DNA of 64,000 nt from Emiliania huxleyi CCMP1516 (GCF_000372725.1 NW_005201792.1:1119440-1183439), one strand, 5' to 3'; shown: positions 9,092 to 21,449, numbered from the stretch's first letter. The notes: a model not told the origin generated them from the letters alone. Made by a program: numbers and translations.

Positions 9092-10567
9092 TTACGACGC
9101 CTCGCTGCCTGCGGCCGCCAGCGCGGCCTCCGCCTTTGCGACGGCCCACGTCTTGGACGCCTTTGTCTTTTCGAACTTTGCGAGCCAGTCGGGCACCGGC
9201 TGGTCGGCGGCGCGCGCGATCGCCACGAGCGCCGGCGCGCACTCCTTGTCATAGTCGGGGTTCCAAAAGGTGAGCGAGACGCCGCTCGCGCCTGCGCGGC
9301 CCGTGCGGCCGATGCGGTGGACATAGCTCTCGACGTCCCTCGCCATGTCGAAATTGACGACGTGAGTGACGCCGCGGATGTCGAGGCCACGCGCCGCCAC
9401 GTCCGTCGCCGCCATCAGGGGCCGCCGCTCGGCGGTGAAGTCGGCGAGGGCCCGCTCGCGCTCCGCCTGCGGCTTGTCTCCCTGGGTGAGATGTGGCCGA
9501 GATCTTAGCCGAGATCTAGGAGAGAGAGAGATCGCCTGCGGCTTGTCTCCGTGGATGGCGCAGGTGCCAAACTCGGCAAACGTCTTTGCGACCATCTCGA
9601 CGCGCCGCTTCGTGTTCGCGAACACGATGACGCGCGAGCCCGCCTCGAGCTCGCACAGCCGCTTCCACAGCAGGTTGTCCTTCTCGTCGTCCGTCGCGTG
9701 CACGAACTCCTGCGACACCGCCTTGTTTGCGGACGGCTGGCCCGCCTCGCCCTCGCCGCCCGCGCCTCCGACGAAGAGGGTGGCGGTCTGCTCCACCGGC
9801 CGGAGGAAGGCAGAGGCGAGCTTGCGGACCTGCTTCGGCCACGTGGCGGAGAAGAGCAGCGTCTGCCGCGCCTCTGCGGCGGGCAGCGCCGCGAAGATCT
9901 GCTTCAGCTGCGGCTCGAAGCCCATGTCGAGCATCCGGTCCGCCTCGTCGAGCACGACGTGCCGGCAGGCGCCTCCGAGCCGAACGACCTCCTGCTTGAG
10001 GAGGTCGCACAGCCTGCCCGGCGTCGCGACGAGCAGTCCCGGCTTCCGCGAGGCGAGCTCGCTCTTCTGCTGCCCGAGCGGGACGCCGCCGTACACGACG
10101 CAAGCGCTGAGCCCACAGAGAGGGCCCCACTCACCGCACTGTTCGCCGATCTGCGCAGCGAGCTCCCGCGTCGGCGCGAGGCAGAGCGCGCGCACCTTGC
10201 CGCCACCGCCGTCGCCGATGCGCCGCATCACCGGAAGGAGAAAGGCGAGCGTCTTCCCGGAGCCAGTCTTGGCGACAGCGACGACATCCTTGCCGGCGAG
10301 CGCCTCTGGCCACGCCAGAGCCTGGATCTCGGACGGCGCCGAGAACTTGGCCTGCAGATGCGCCACGGTCGCGCTCCCAAAGTCGAAGCTGTCGAAGCTG
10401 GAGCCGACGGCATCCGCTGCAGCCGCTGCAGCCGCAGTCGCCTCCTCCTTCCGCTTCTGCTTCTTCTTCTTCTTCTTCTCAATCTTCTCGAGCTTTGCCG
10501 GGTCAGCCTCGGCCGCAGCCTTGCGCTTCTTGTCCTTCTTCTCTTTCTTGGGCTTCTCCTCCGCCAT
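9092..10567 (-). CDS. DEAD-box RNA helicase (DBP2/DBP3-like)
   Basis: Q motif, AKTGSGKT, PTRELA, TPGRL, DEAD, SAT, ARGLD, HRIGRTGR. Probable 69-nt in-frame intron near 9467-9535. Confidence 0.95.
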   Translation of the reverse strand: MAEEKPKKEKKDKKRKAAAEADPAKLEKIEKKKKKKQKRKEEATAAAAAAADAVGSSFDSFDFGSATVAHLQAKFSAPSEIQALAWPEALAGKDVVAVAKTGSGKTLAFLLPVMRRIGDGGGGKVRALCLAPTRELAAQIGEQCGEWGPLCGLSACVVYGGVPLGQQKSELASRKPGLLVATPGRLCDLLKQEVVRLGGACRHVVLDEADRMLDMGFEPQLKQIFAALPAAEARQTLLFSATWPKQVRKLASAFLRPVEQTATLFVGGAGGEGEAGQPSANKAVSQEFVHATDDEKDNLLWKRLCELEAGSRVIVFANTKRRVEMVAKTFAEFGTCAIHGDKPQAISLSPRSRLRSRPHLTQGDKPQAERERALADFTAERRPLMAATDVAARGLDIRGVTHVVNFDMARDVESYVHRIGRTGRAGASGVSLTFWNPDYDKECAPALVAIARAADQPVPDWLAKFEKTKASKTWAVAKAEAALAAAGSEAS

Positions 10568-10825
10568 TCGGGCGGCGGTACGTGGCGCTTCTAGGGAGAG
10601 GCCTTGCGCTTTTGGCAGAAAGAATTCTTCTTCCCAACTTTAGTTTGTGCTAGTGAGCAGGTGACCTTTGAAGTTTGAACGTGTGGGCGGCAGCTGTCTG
10701 TTTACAGGCGCTGGCCGCCCGCGCGCGCGCCGGACCGGCTCCGGCACGTCCGGCGCTGGGCGGCGCGCGTCCACACTGCGCGTCGCGCAAAAGGCGAGCG
10801 CTCGCCGCCGCTACGGCGGCGGCGG

Positions 10826-10884
10826 CGGCCGACGGCCGACGGCCGACGGCCGACGGCCGACGGCCGACGGCCGACGGCAGACGG
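10826..10884. repeat. 7-bp tandem repeat (CCGACGG)n
   Basis: About 7-8 visible units. Confidence 0.9.
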
Positions 10885-11163
10885 CATACGGCCTAGGGCT
10901 CGGCTGGGCGCGCACGCGCACGCGCGCGCGTCGCGCCCCACGCGTCGCTCCGCGAGGGCGCGCGCCAACCGCGATTCGAACCGGGGCCAAAAGGCGCCTG
11001 GAGCGACCGCGGTCCGGTCGCGCCACCGCGGCTGCGGGGCTGATAGAGCAGGCCGGCTGCGGCTCCTGATGTACCTCCGCTTTTGGGTGGCGGTCGCGCG
11101 CTGCCGACGGCGCTCGCCGGCGCTACGGCGCTTGCGGCGCGCTCGTGGCGTTCAGGGCGGCTC

Positions 11164-11177
11164 GCACACGCACACGC

Positions 11178-11210
<33 letters not shown>

Positions 11211-11211
11211 T

Positions 11212-11280
<69 letters not shown>

Positions 11281-11292
11281 CACAGACACACA
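11164..11292. repeat. (CA)n microsatellite
   Basis: Directly visible. Confidence 0.97.
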
Positions 11293-11349
11293 GCCCCTTC
11301 CCCTCCCCCCTCAAGGGCGAGGACACGCACAGGCCGCACCTCTAGTGAG

Positions 11350-11646
11350 GCCCGCATAGTATGTGGGAGACTCGTGCCGCCGCCCCTGCCACCCCTGTGT
11401 CAGTGTGCCTGTGGTAGGAGAGACTGCCAGTGAGAAGCTGGAGGCAGGTCGCTAGACTGAGATGAGACCGCCAGTGGATGTGGGATTCCACCGTGCACCG
11501 CGCTGCGAGCCTGTCGTGTCCCTTGTCAGGAGCAGGAGAGCCCCACCTGTCCCCCTGATCGTTCTTCCAAAATCCTGCTCGTGCAGGTGGGGACCCTGTC
11601 CTCGTCCCATCCCTCGTTTGGCGTGTCTGTTTTCTTTCTTTCTTTT
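11350..11646 (+). mobile_element. 5'-truncated non-LTR retroelement, family B (CTTT tail)
   Basis: Flanked by TCTAGTGAG at 11341-11349 and 11647-11655. Its 3' end AAATCCTGCTCGTGCAGGTGGGGACCCTGTCCTC...TTTCTTT recurs at 46032-46120 and ~46128-46240. Confidence 0.75.
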
Positions 11647-11654
11647 TCTAGTGA

Positions 11655-11918
11655 GCAGGACGAGGCAGAAGAGAACGACGCGACAGAGGAGGAAGTGACA
11701 AGGGAGAGAACGACGAGAGTGGGACGACCGCGAGGTGGCATGAAGGTTGCAGCGAGAATCGGCGAGAGACTGCGAAGAGAGATAGGAAGAGGCAGACTCC
11801 CTAGGGTGGGCGACGGATAGCGCACCACACACCTCTCCTTAAAATCCCTGTGTGGTGGCGGCGTGCCGTCCTCCCACATCCCTCCCTTGGGTTGTCTGTT
11901 TTCTTTCTTTTCTTTCTT
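11655..11918 (+). mobile_element. 5'-truncated non-LTR retroelement, family A (CTTT tail)
   Basis: Near-identical to 56603-56860. TAGTGA at 11649-11654 and 11919-11924 as TSD. Confidence 0.85.
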
Positions 11919-12434
11919 TAGTGAACTGAGGAGAAGCGGGTCGAGCCTCGGCGCAGAGGGCAGCGCCTAGCGGGCGGGAACCCTTATCCCGCGCCCGCCG
12001 CTGCCCGCCACTTTGTGCGCGGGACATCCGAGCGCCACGAGGCTCCTGACACAGCTCCCGACTAGCGTCGGCTCCTGCTCAGACAGGCGCCAACCTATCA
12101 GTTCTCAAAGCGACCCACCACCATCCCTCATCTACCGCCCGATCGACCGCATTCGTCTCTTGCGAGTTCCTCTTTGCTCCAAGAGGTTCCAGGGAACGGG
12201 GAAACTCTGAGCTCCCTCCGCGTGGCGAGGTGGAGGGCGGCGAGTAGGTAGGCCCATACACAAATCAAAACAAACAAACGCGTGAACAGGGTCTTGCCCG
12301 ATCGTGTAACGCGATCCGAAATCTGCAACCGCTAACTTTTTACCAACCAAACTACCTTCGACCGTGTCTGAGCAAAACGGCGTGCAGGGGCGTAAAAGTC
12401 GCCTACCGGTTGCCCAACCCCAGTGTTTGGAAAA

Positions 12435-14392
12435 ATGACGCCCATGCTCCGCGCGGTGGGGCTGGCGGTAGGCCTGACGCTGAGTCGCTGTAGCGAGGAC
12501 GTGTCGACGGGGGACGATGCGGACTATTGGGACGACGACTCGTACGGCTTCAGTGTAGCCGAGGGCTTTTGTGCGTTTCAGTGCGATCCGGCATATCTCG
12601 GCGATGGGGAGTGTGATGATATGTGCAATGTGGAGGCGTGCGACTGGGACGGCACCGACTGCTTTCATGGCTACGGCGAGTGCTACTCGCATCCGGACGG
12701 CTCCGACTACCGTGGTGCCCTCAACCACACCGAGAGCGGCTATCCGTGCCAAAAGTGGTCCGCGCAGTGGCCGCAGAGGCACACGAGGATCCACACCAAC
12801 TTCCCGCACGCGGGGCTCGGTGGGCACAGCTCTTGCCGAAACCCAGACAACGAGGCGCGGCCGTGGTGCTACACCACCGCCCCGGAGACTCGGTGGGAGT
12901 ACTGCGAAATTCCCCCACTGCAGCCGTCGTGCCACCACAACCCCAGCCACAGCCGAGAGGCGCCGTCGGCAGCTCGCCCCCTCGATGAGGCGGGGAGCGG
13001 GGACACGGAGCGCAACCCGTACAACCTCTCCTTCTACGGCTTCGACTACTACTCGTCGTACGACATATTCCCCTCGGTCGTGTTTGAGCGCGACATTGTC
13101 AAGGCGCTGCCGCTCAACAAGCTCATCCACGGCCAGCTCGACGAGCACACGTACGTCTTTTACGAGGTGTGGATCCCCGCCTCGCCGGCCCAGTGCGTGG
13201 CCGCCCATACCGATCCACGCTGTCAAACCGCCAGGTGGAGATTCCTCGCTCGGTCGAGCTCATCAAAGCGGTCGTCGTGCCTGGCGAGGGCGACCCGGAC
13301 CTCTACGTCTCGTTCGACAACCCCTTCCCCACCGGCGCGAACTACACCTTCCTCTCCGATAACTACGGTGTCGAAGAGGTGACTCTCGGGCGGTACAACT
13401 ACCTCTTCTGCGGCGCGGCGGGCGTCGAGGCGTCCTGCACGCTTCACCTCTCCATCCTCGCGTACGATGAGTACACGACTTTCTCCCTCGTCGTCTACGG
13501 CGTCGAGGACCCCACCGCGGAGGACGCGCCGTCCCTGCAGTGTGCGCCGGGCTGCGAATGGCCCTCCATTGGCGACGGAACCTGCAACCAGCAGTGCAAC
13601 GTCGAGGCGTGCTTCTCCGACCGCGGCGACTGCGAGTGCGACCAGGACGTCACTCCGGACTGCATCGACGGCTGCCCCATCTCGTGCAAGCCCGAGTGGA
13701 TCGGCGACCACTACTGCGACGAGGCGTGCTTCCGCGCCTCGTGCCAGTGGGATAAGCACGACTGCCTCAAGAGGGGCGAGACGCCGTGCGGTGACGACTG
13801 TCTCCCGTCGTCGGTCGGCGACGGCGAGTGCGACGCCGCGTGCAACGTCGAGTCGTGCGGCTTCGACGCGAACGACTGCTTCCACAACCACGACGAGTGC
13901 TACGAGCGGCCCGACGGGGCTGACTACCGCGGCAAGGTGGCCACCACAGAGGGCGGCTACCCGTGCCAGCGGTGGTCGGACCAGTCGCCGCAGCCGCACA
14001 CGCGCACCGCCCAGCACTACCCCTACTCGGGCCTCGGCGGGCACAATTTTTGCCGCAACCCCGACCGGGAGGAGCGGCCGTGGTGCTACGTGGCCGACAA
14101 GGACGCGGGCGTCCGTTGGGAGCACTGTGCCGTCGGCGAACCCTCGGAGAGCGCTTGCGTCCAGCCACCCCCGCCGGCACCACCGCCTGCGGTCGAGGGA
14201 GCAGCGGCGGCGGTGGAGGTGGTAGGCGCATTTGTACTCGGCCTCTGCGCCATCCTCCTCCTCCTCTACTGCCGCCGGCTTAAGCACAAACGGGCGCTGC
14301 GCACGGGCAAGTTCACCCAGTATGGGGGCACGGACGACTCCATCCTGGGCAGCGGCCTTGAGATCAAGCCAGCCGTGCCCGACTCGGCTTGA
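12435..14392 (+). CDS. Single-pass membrane protein with LNR (Notch/Lin-12) repeats and two kringle domains; intron 13167-13234
   Basis: N-terminal signal peptide. LNR motifs (GDGECDDMCNVEACDWDGTDC). Kringles (YRG...TESGYPCQKW...CRNPD...PWCY). PPC-like segment (GDPDLYVS). C-terminal TM helix. Confidence 0.88.
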
Positions 14393-14821
14393 GAACCGTA
14401 CCCCCGTGGCGCGGCCCCCGCATGCCGAATGGTTTTAGTTTTTACCGGCGGCTCTCTGGCAGAGTCGAGAGATGGGCGAGAGTACACACACCGCCAACAG
14501 TGCGTTTCTCCAACTTTTTTGCGAGACGATTTAGAGAACAAGCCAAAAAAAAGAGCGCTGGTGATCCGCGCTGTCATCAGCAGATTGGGTACTGGGCCGC
14601 GGGCGACGAGAGGAAGAGGTGAGAGGTCTGAGGAGGGCGTTTATTAACCGTTTAACCATTAACGTTCTATTTCTGCATTCTGGGGGAGCTGACCGGGCGC
14701 CGCGCGCGCCCCACAACACACGCGCCACAAGGACAGACTCGCGCCGAGGCTCGGTCACGACGAGGCGCCGCGGGCCCACGATGCATGAGGGTAATCGTTC
14801 AAGCACACGCTTCACTCCCTG

Positions 14822-15251
14822 CTATAACGGGGATAACGTGGTGCAGATCATCCGATATGCTCGGAAGACTGCGTGCTGCATTTGCACAAGCTCCTCGATG
14901 GAAAGAGGAGGCTTCCTCAATTTTGCTGCGAGTTTGGCTTTGTTTTTGGAGAGCCGCATGGTCGATCGGTCATTGGCGCAGAGGCGGACAAACTTCGCGG
15001 CGGTTTCTGTGTTGATGCCGTCCAGGCCAAGCGCACAGATGCCCTCATACGCATCCTCGAAGGCGGTGTCGGGCGGGCCGATGCAGCAAGGACACCCAAC
15101 AGTTGGCGCTTGCGCAGACTCGCCAGCAGCAGCGGGCGGCCCAAGCGCGGACTCGCCAGCAGCGCCATCCGCGTCAGCGACGGCGGGCCGCCCAAGCAAA
15201 TACTCGGGCGTGACCCAGTGGCCGCCTGTGGACAGGCGTCCGAGCGCCATG
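14822..15251 (-). CDS. Small hypothetical protein
   Basis: Protein-like ORF (MALGRLSTGGHW...CPCC...) with no recognisable domain. Confidence 0.3.
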
Positions 15252-15543
15252 AGCGGACTCGCGAGTCCCACAGAGACGACAGCGCGAAGGGATCGTTGTG
15301 CCTCGTAAGATCGGGGCGGTGGCAAGAAAAAGATGACCTCCACTCCCCGGCCCTGGATGTGAGGCTGCCGACTGCACTCCAAGTGCTCCAAGTGCTCTCG
15401 TGGCTGGCTGGTGCCCTTCCTGCGTGCTGGAGGAGGTGGCCTCTTGCTGTTAGGACCTGTATGGAGCAGCAGCTCTACGTGCAGCCTTGCGCTCCAAACA
15501 AAGGTCACTCGACAAGCCGCCGCCGCAGAGACAAAGACGCCCG

Positions 15544-15748
<205 letters not shown>

Positions 15749-15823
15749 GGGGGGGGGGGGGCTTCTGGAAAACAGTCCTGCTGCACGTATGCTTCTTGCA
15801 CTTGTGCAAGATTGGGCGTCTTC

Positions 15824-16039
15824 TGCCGCAGTCCCTTTGATGGGAGGCCCCAGGGTGGGGGCCACCTCGAACCCCTAGCCAGGGATTCGAGCGGAGGGTG
15901 CCCCGGATTCATCTATCCGTCGGGCCCCGGTACATTCATTAGAACTGATCACTTTGCGCAGCAGCCGTCCCTTCGCCGACTGGACGGCAGTGCGCTGCGC
16001 TGTCGCTCTGTCGAGCACGCTCTCGTGCTTCGTTGTGAC
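15824..16039. repeat. ~215-bp structured dispersed repeat; uninterrupted copy of the repeat split at 38260-38355 and 40766-40902
   Basis: Left half matches 38260-38355 and right half matches 40766-40902. Confidence 0.88.
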
Positions 16040-17550
16040 GCGGGAGTAAAGTCGAGAGGCAGCCCTCGACGAGCAGTCCGGCCTTCCTCAATCTTCCCCC
16101 TCTTCAGGGATGCAACCGTCGTGGGTCCAGATTTCGCAGTGGGCCGCCATCAGTGGCCTTCTCCCGTTCTGTGAGCCCGATCCCGCTGTGGCCAGCTACT
16201 TTGACAGACTCAGCGTCCTACGGCTGGCCGTCCTGGCCGCGGCGTGGCGCCGCATCCTCGGTTCTCTGTCCAACCTCGGCGTGTTCGGCACAGTGCACGT
16301 GGATGAGGATACTTTCCGGACGGCGTGCGCCCAGGCACTGCTCTCCCGTCAAATCCCCGTGCCCGAGCTCTTCTTGCAGTGGGGCACTCCGAGGCGATCG
16401 TACCCTTGGGACCAGAGGCAAGCGCGAGCGCTGCCCAAGCGGATCGCCGGCAACTAGTGCCGCCCGCGCCTGGCGCGACCGCCTTCAAGCGCGGGCGGCC
16501 CGTGGCTTTGCTCCATCAAACGGGACAAGGCAAAAACACAGTTGCACAGATACATGCCGGCGGCGCGACTCCCCCCCCGCAGATCGTCCTCAGTGGGGGA
16601 GACCGCGACACCGGTGACGGAGCGCAGTTGGCGGGATTCACCGCCAGTGGATGCGTCATCATCTCGCTCGCTGCTCCGCCAGAGGCGCCACCTGAGGACG
16701 AGGGGTTGGAGGAGATGTCTTCCTCTTTACCCCGGAAAGGGGGCAATCGATACTCGACGGGCGGGTTCGGCGCGGCGTGAGAGCCGGAGCGAGGGGACCT
16801 CGCCATCGTTCGGCCGGCCTTGGCCTTGCCCTTCGGCTTATCTCCTGGCCGCCTGGCCTAGGGCAACGCATTGGGAATAGCGGCCGAGTCGTGGGGAGGG
16901 GTGCGCAGAGGCCTGAGCCTCAGGATCAAGGAAGACGTGTGCACATGCACAGCATGCATCACCATCAGAGGCGGGCCCGACCTCTCATCAGTGTGGCCCT
17001 GGTTCACTTGCCGCTTGCCTTCCCTGCGGCTCAATTAATTAGTCAGCTGGCGCGTAGGGGTAGGGCCATCGCGGGGCGCGGGGCTGGCGCGCGCAAAGCA
17101 AGCCAACCGCTGCCTGTGGGGGGTCGACACGAAGGTACAGTCACTGTACTCTTATACTGTCGACAGAGTGCCTGGGGGCTCTGAGAGGGTCAGGGTGGGG
17201 TGGGTGTTACGGTTTCGCGGTGATCGGTGATGTACCACATTCCACTGTCCCGGCTCCTGCGCTCCTCTCTCTTATATACACTTACACGCACAACGAATAT
17301 ATCAAATCATTTATAATTTATATGCCCGGATACCGATACGGCACGCACTCATACACGAAAAGCGCAGTCGATCCTCTATCAAAGAGATGGTGCAGCCGTC
17401 TCCACTGTCTCCACAACACAGGGCGCAGTTCGAAAAAGTGCCTAGCGCACACGCACGCACCCCACCGGCGCACCGGCACCGCCCACCCCACCCAACCTGC
17501 ACAACCCCCCATCCCTTTCCCCCCTCTTGCTGCCTGCTACTACTACTTGC

Positions 17551-19625
17551 TTACAGCATGCCCCGCGGAGGCGCGCCGACTGCGGCTTGCGGCAGCGTTG
17601 GAGGGCGTGCGTTTGAGGGGGAGCATGCAGCGGGGAGAGGGTGCGGTGACTGCCTGTCGTCGAGAGGCGTCGAGTAGACGCGCCGGAGCGTCGCATCCGG
17701 CATGAGCGCCTGTGGTTGGGGAGGTGCGGCAGTGAAGAGGAAGAGAGGGTGCGGGGGCGCGTGTGTGCCGAGGCGGGACGGCGGCGTCTGCTGCTCGCCT
17801 CGGCCCAGTTGCCGAGGAGGCCGCGGTCGAAGGGGTTGCGCACGACGCCGTCCTCGCCCTTGTAGACCTGCTTGATGTGCTCGTAGGTGGTCAGGTTGCG
17901 CGAGATGAGCAGCGCCTAGTGCGAGCTCCGGGGAGGGCTCGAGCCAGCCTGGCGCGAGGCGGCCAGGCTGCGCGGGGCGAGGTGCGCGTGGAATGAGCCG
18001 AAACCGACCAGCAGCGCGCTGACGGCGGCGCAATAGAGGCAGAGCAGCATCGCCACCGGGCAGGTACGCGCCGCCTCGAGCGCCGCGCGCCCACAGACCA
18101 AAGCGGAGGGGCGAGGGAGGGGCGGCGGCGGCGGGGGCGAGGCGTCCCCGTAGTAGGCGGCGGCGGCTTCATGGCTGGCGAGACGCGAGGGCGAGAAGTG
18201 AGAAGGAGGGAGAGGGCAGGGGAGACAGGTGGCGGCGGCGCGCCTGTGCGCGTGCGGTCGGACCGGGCCGTGGTGCGGGTCGTGGTGGGCGAGGAGGGAG
18301 GCGGCGAGGAGGAGGAGGCGCGACGCGGAGGCGGTGAGGACGAGGGCGGCGTGGAGGGCCGTCGCCCACACAAAGCCAAAGAACCACCGGTAGTTGTTGT
18401 GCCCGACCGAGTTGCCGATGTAGCAGCAGTAGTGGTCGTACCGCGCCACGCACCGGTCGGTGATCCGGCAGTGGTGCGTGCGCGGCGGGCGCAGATGGAC
18501 GCAAGCGGTGCAGAAGCCGTCGGGGAAGCGGCGCTGCTGCTCGAGGTAGAGGGCCTTGCCTATGGGGGGACAGGGCAAGATGTGGGGAGATATCGCGAGA
18601 TATGATCTCGAGGTAGAGGCCTTGCCCTCGCGCAGGAAGAGGACCGCCTCCGAGTGGCGACCCTGCTGCGAGAGGACCGCCGCCTTGACGGCGAGCTCGT
18701 CGAGCCTACTGTCGAGCGGGCTGGCGTCGAGCAGGGCCGCGGGCATGTGTCGCGCGGGCACGTGTCGCGCGAGGAGAGAGCGGCGGGAGGAGGCGACGAG
18801 GCGGAGGAGAGGAAGAGGAGAGAAGCCCTGGGCTGCAGCGGGGTCTGCGCACCGCTCCTCAATCGCGGTGCTCACCCGCTCCACCTGCGCCCGCTGCGCC
18901 CGCTGCGCCGCCGAGACAGGAACGCCTCCGGGGTCGGCGAGGCCGGCCGCAAACATGAAGCCACTCGACGCGCCAAAGGTGAGGGCGGCGGCGAGGACGA
19001 CGGGGGCGTTGCCCCACGCGACCAGGCCTGGCGCAACCTACGAGATAGCACGCCGCGCACTGAGCCGAGGCTCCTCTCCCGGCGGCGGCGGCGGCGGCGG
19101 CGGCGGTGGCGCCCAGACAAAGAAGGCTGCCGTCTCGAGCAGGATGAGCAGGAACCAGAGGACGAGCACAAGCGGCAGCCGGCACACCACGCGCGCATGC
19201 AGCCGCTGAGAGACGAGCAGGAAGCGCAGGTTCACGCGCTTCGTGCCTCCCACGATGTCGATCATCGGTATCCAGTGGATGTCACTCTTGCCGCTCAGGT
19301 ACGGCTGCCGCGACGCCGGCGCAATGGAGAACTCTGTCTCTTCGCCGCGGCCCAGGAGGCCGAGCGGGTCGGAGACCTGATCGGCCGTGAGCGCCACCGA
19401 GTCGCCGTCGCGTGCCTCCGCCGGAGGCACACCCGTGCACGAGACCGCCGGGTCCGCCACAGAGAGCTGCTCGCCAGCCTCGGGATCGTCGAGCAGGCGC
19501 GTGTAGCCGCCACCGTTGTTACCAACGGGAAGCGAGTACCGCGCGGCGTGGGAGGTGGACCGGCTCCGCGCGACGGACACCGCGGTGGCCGCCTCCTTGG
19601 CCTCCCGCTCCGCCTTCTCGAGCAT
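17551..19625 (-). CDS. DHHC-family S-acyltransferase (DHYC variant), multi-exon, ends approximate
   Basis: CTACVHLRPPRTHHCRITDRCVARYDHYCCYIGNSVGHNNYRWF, NLTTYE, NPFDRG..NW, plus TM helices. Confidence 0.85.
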
Positions 19626-20115
19626 GCCAAGACTTTCAGCGCCAACGTTTGCCAGCGCGCGTTTCTTTTTCGTGTTCTCGAGGTAAGACGGGGAAATCCT
19701 TTGGCCGCGCGTTGGGTAGCGAGGATTGGTTTTCGTGGTAGGAATTCATCTCCCTCTTAAGGAGGTCCGCTGGTCAAGCGTGCACAAGACCCGCACCCGC
19801 TCCCGCTCCGGCGTGGGGAGTGCCAGGCGGGGCGGCGAGCGGAGATGGAGAGAGAGGGCGGTGCCTCGCTGTCGCGCGAGAGCGGCGAGAGCCAGTCTCC
19901 GAGGTCGTCTTGCTCCATAGGATTCGAACAAAATACGAATGATCCCAAAAGACACGAAACCAAAGGACCCACGGACTAATTGACATACGTACGGAGCGCG
20001 TGAATGGGGGCTACCGGCGTAGAGTGGGGTAGGCGCAAAGCGAGTGACTTTGGGGGGTCATAATGACCCCGCCCGTCTTGGTCCCTCTGTACTTCCCAAC
20101 ACATTACGCACCCTC

Positions 20116-21449
20116 CTACCTACCCGGGCAAGCCCCGGTCCAGGCGCCGGCCTGAGGCATCGCAGAATCGAGAGAGGTTCCAGTGGGAGGGCCCAACTTC
20201 AGAATCGTGCTTTTGTTGGGTTGGGTTGTGGCTGGGTTGGGTTGGTTCGTTGGGTTGGGTTTGGTTGTTGGGTTGGGTTGTTCCAGAGGGGGAGGGGTGG
20301 CTGTGCCCCCCGACTGCGCCGCCGCCCGCCCACCGGAGTCGAGCTCGAGGGCGCGGCAAGAGCCCCTTCGTCCCCGCGGGCGTAGCGAGCCCTGGCTAAA
20401 GATCGCGGCCTGTAGACGGGACGAGCAGTGCGCGACAGTGGGTGCAGGAGAGGTGATGGCAGGCGTGCGGCGCGGCAGGGGTCGCGCGGTGGGGGTGCGG
20501 GAGATGGTGGCGTGGGGCACGGCAGGGGTGGCGCGGACCCCCAGCAGCAACACTCCTGAGCCGTCGCATCGCGGCTCCTCGAGGAGAGCGGCGAGCTTGC
20601 TGCTGAGTTGACAGTGGAAGCGGACATCATCGTCCATCGCCAGCACCCGCTCGAGCCGCGGTGACCGCCGGATCATGCGCAGTAACCTCCGCATCGAGGC
20701 GAGGTAGCCCCTCTCGCCAGCAGTCAGGTATCCCGGGTCGCCGGGGCGCAGCACTTCTGTGGCTTGACCGACAGGTGCCTGCCGCCGCCACACGAGCACC
20801 GTCCGGTTTGTAGCGGTGTCGTACTCCGAATCATACTCCGCGCCGTACAGCGCCTGCCCGTTGGCAGCGAAGAAGCGGGCGCACGTGCACTCCGTGCCCC
20901 GCGAGGATGTTCTCAATCCGGAGGTAGGCCTGCAGCAACGCGATGCTCGCCTCAGCGCTCTCGGTGCGCGGTCGGCGCAGAGACGGAGGTGTGGTCCCGC
21001 TACCATCCAAGCTTCGAGCGAAGCGTGGCATGCCGGCAGGGGGTGGAGCCGCGCGCTACTGGCTTGACTACTTGGCTTGGCTACTCTGCCCGGCCGCTAC
21101 ACCGCCGCACGACCTGCTCGTTGGCAGGGGTTTGGTTCAGGCTGAGGACAAGGGGCTGCCGAGATTCCTCCCACTGGGGGCCGACTGACCCAACCGAGCG
21201 TCTGGTGGAGCACTCGGGCACCCAGTAGCCGTGCTCCTCGTACCAGATCGATGGCGAATGGGAGCAGGAACGTAGTTTGAGCTGCACCTGTTGACGCCCG
21301 AGGTTTTTGCCTGCCGCCCCTGCCTCCAGCAAGGACTTGAGACTGTGCGCTGACGATCGCGAGGAGGCGCTGCTGCCGTTGCCTTGCCTCAGCGTGGCGA
21401 CGTCGGCCAAAGAACTTCGTGGGTCATGAAGTTGCGCGCCGTGCTCCAA
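20116..21449 (-). CDS. Possible glycosyltransferase-like protein (fragmentary, multi-exon)
   Basis: VLAMDDDVRF (DxD-like) followed by VLLLG. Exon structure unresolved; (GGGTT)n-like filler at 20213-20282. Confidence 0.3.

Noticed and set aside
15824..16039. Internally deleted non-autonomous derivative of the CRE-like element
   Set aside because: The second CRE copy (46284) ends at the GTT tail without this sequence, and an 8-bp TSD flanks the long copy. The repeat is the target, not part of the element.
16960..17000. CTGATGAG plus a stem on the minus strand (hammerhead-like start)
   Set aside because: No GAAA after the stem and no stem I/III with a cleavage triplet.
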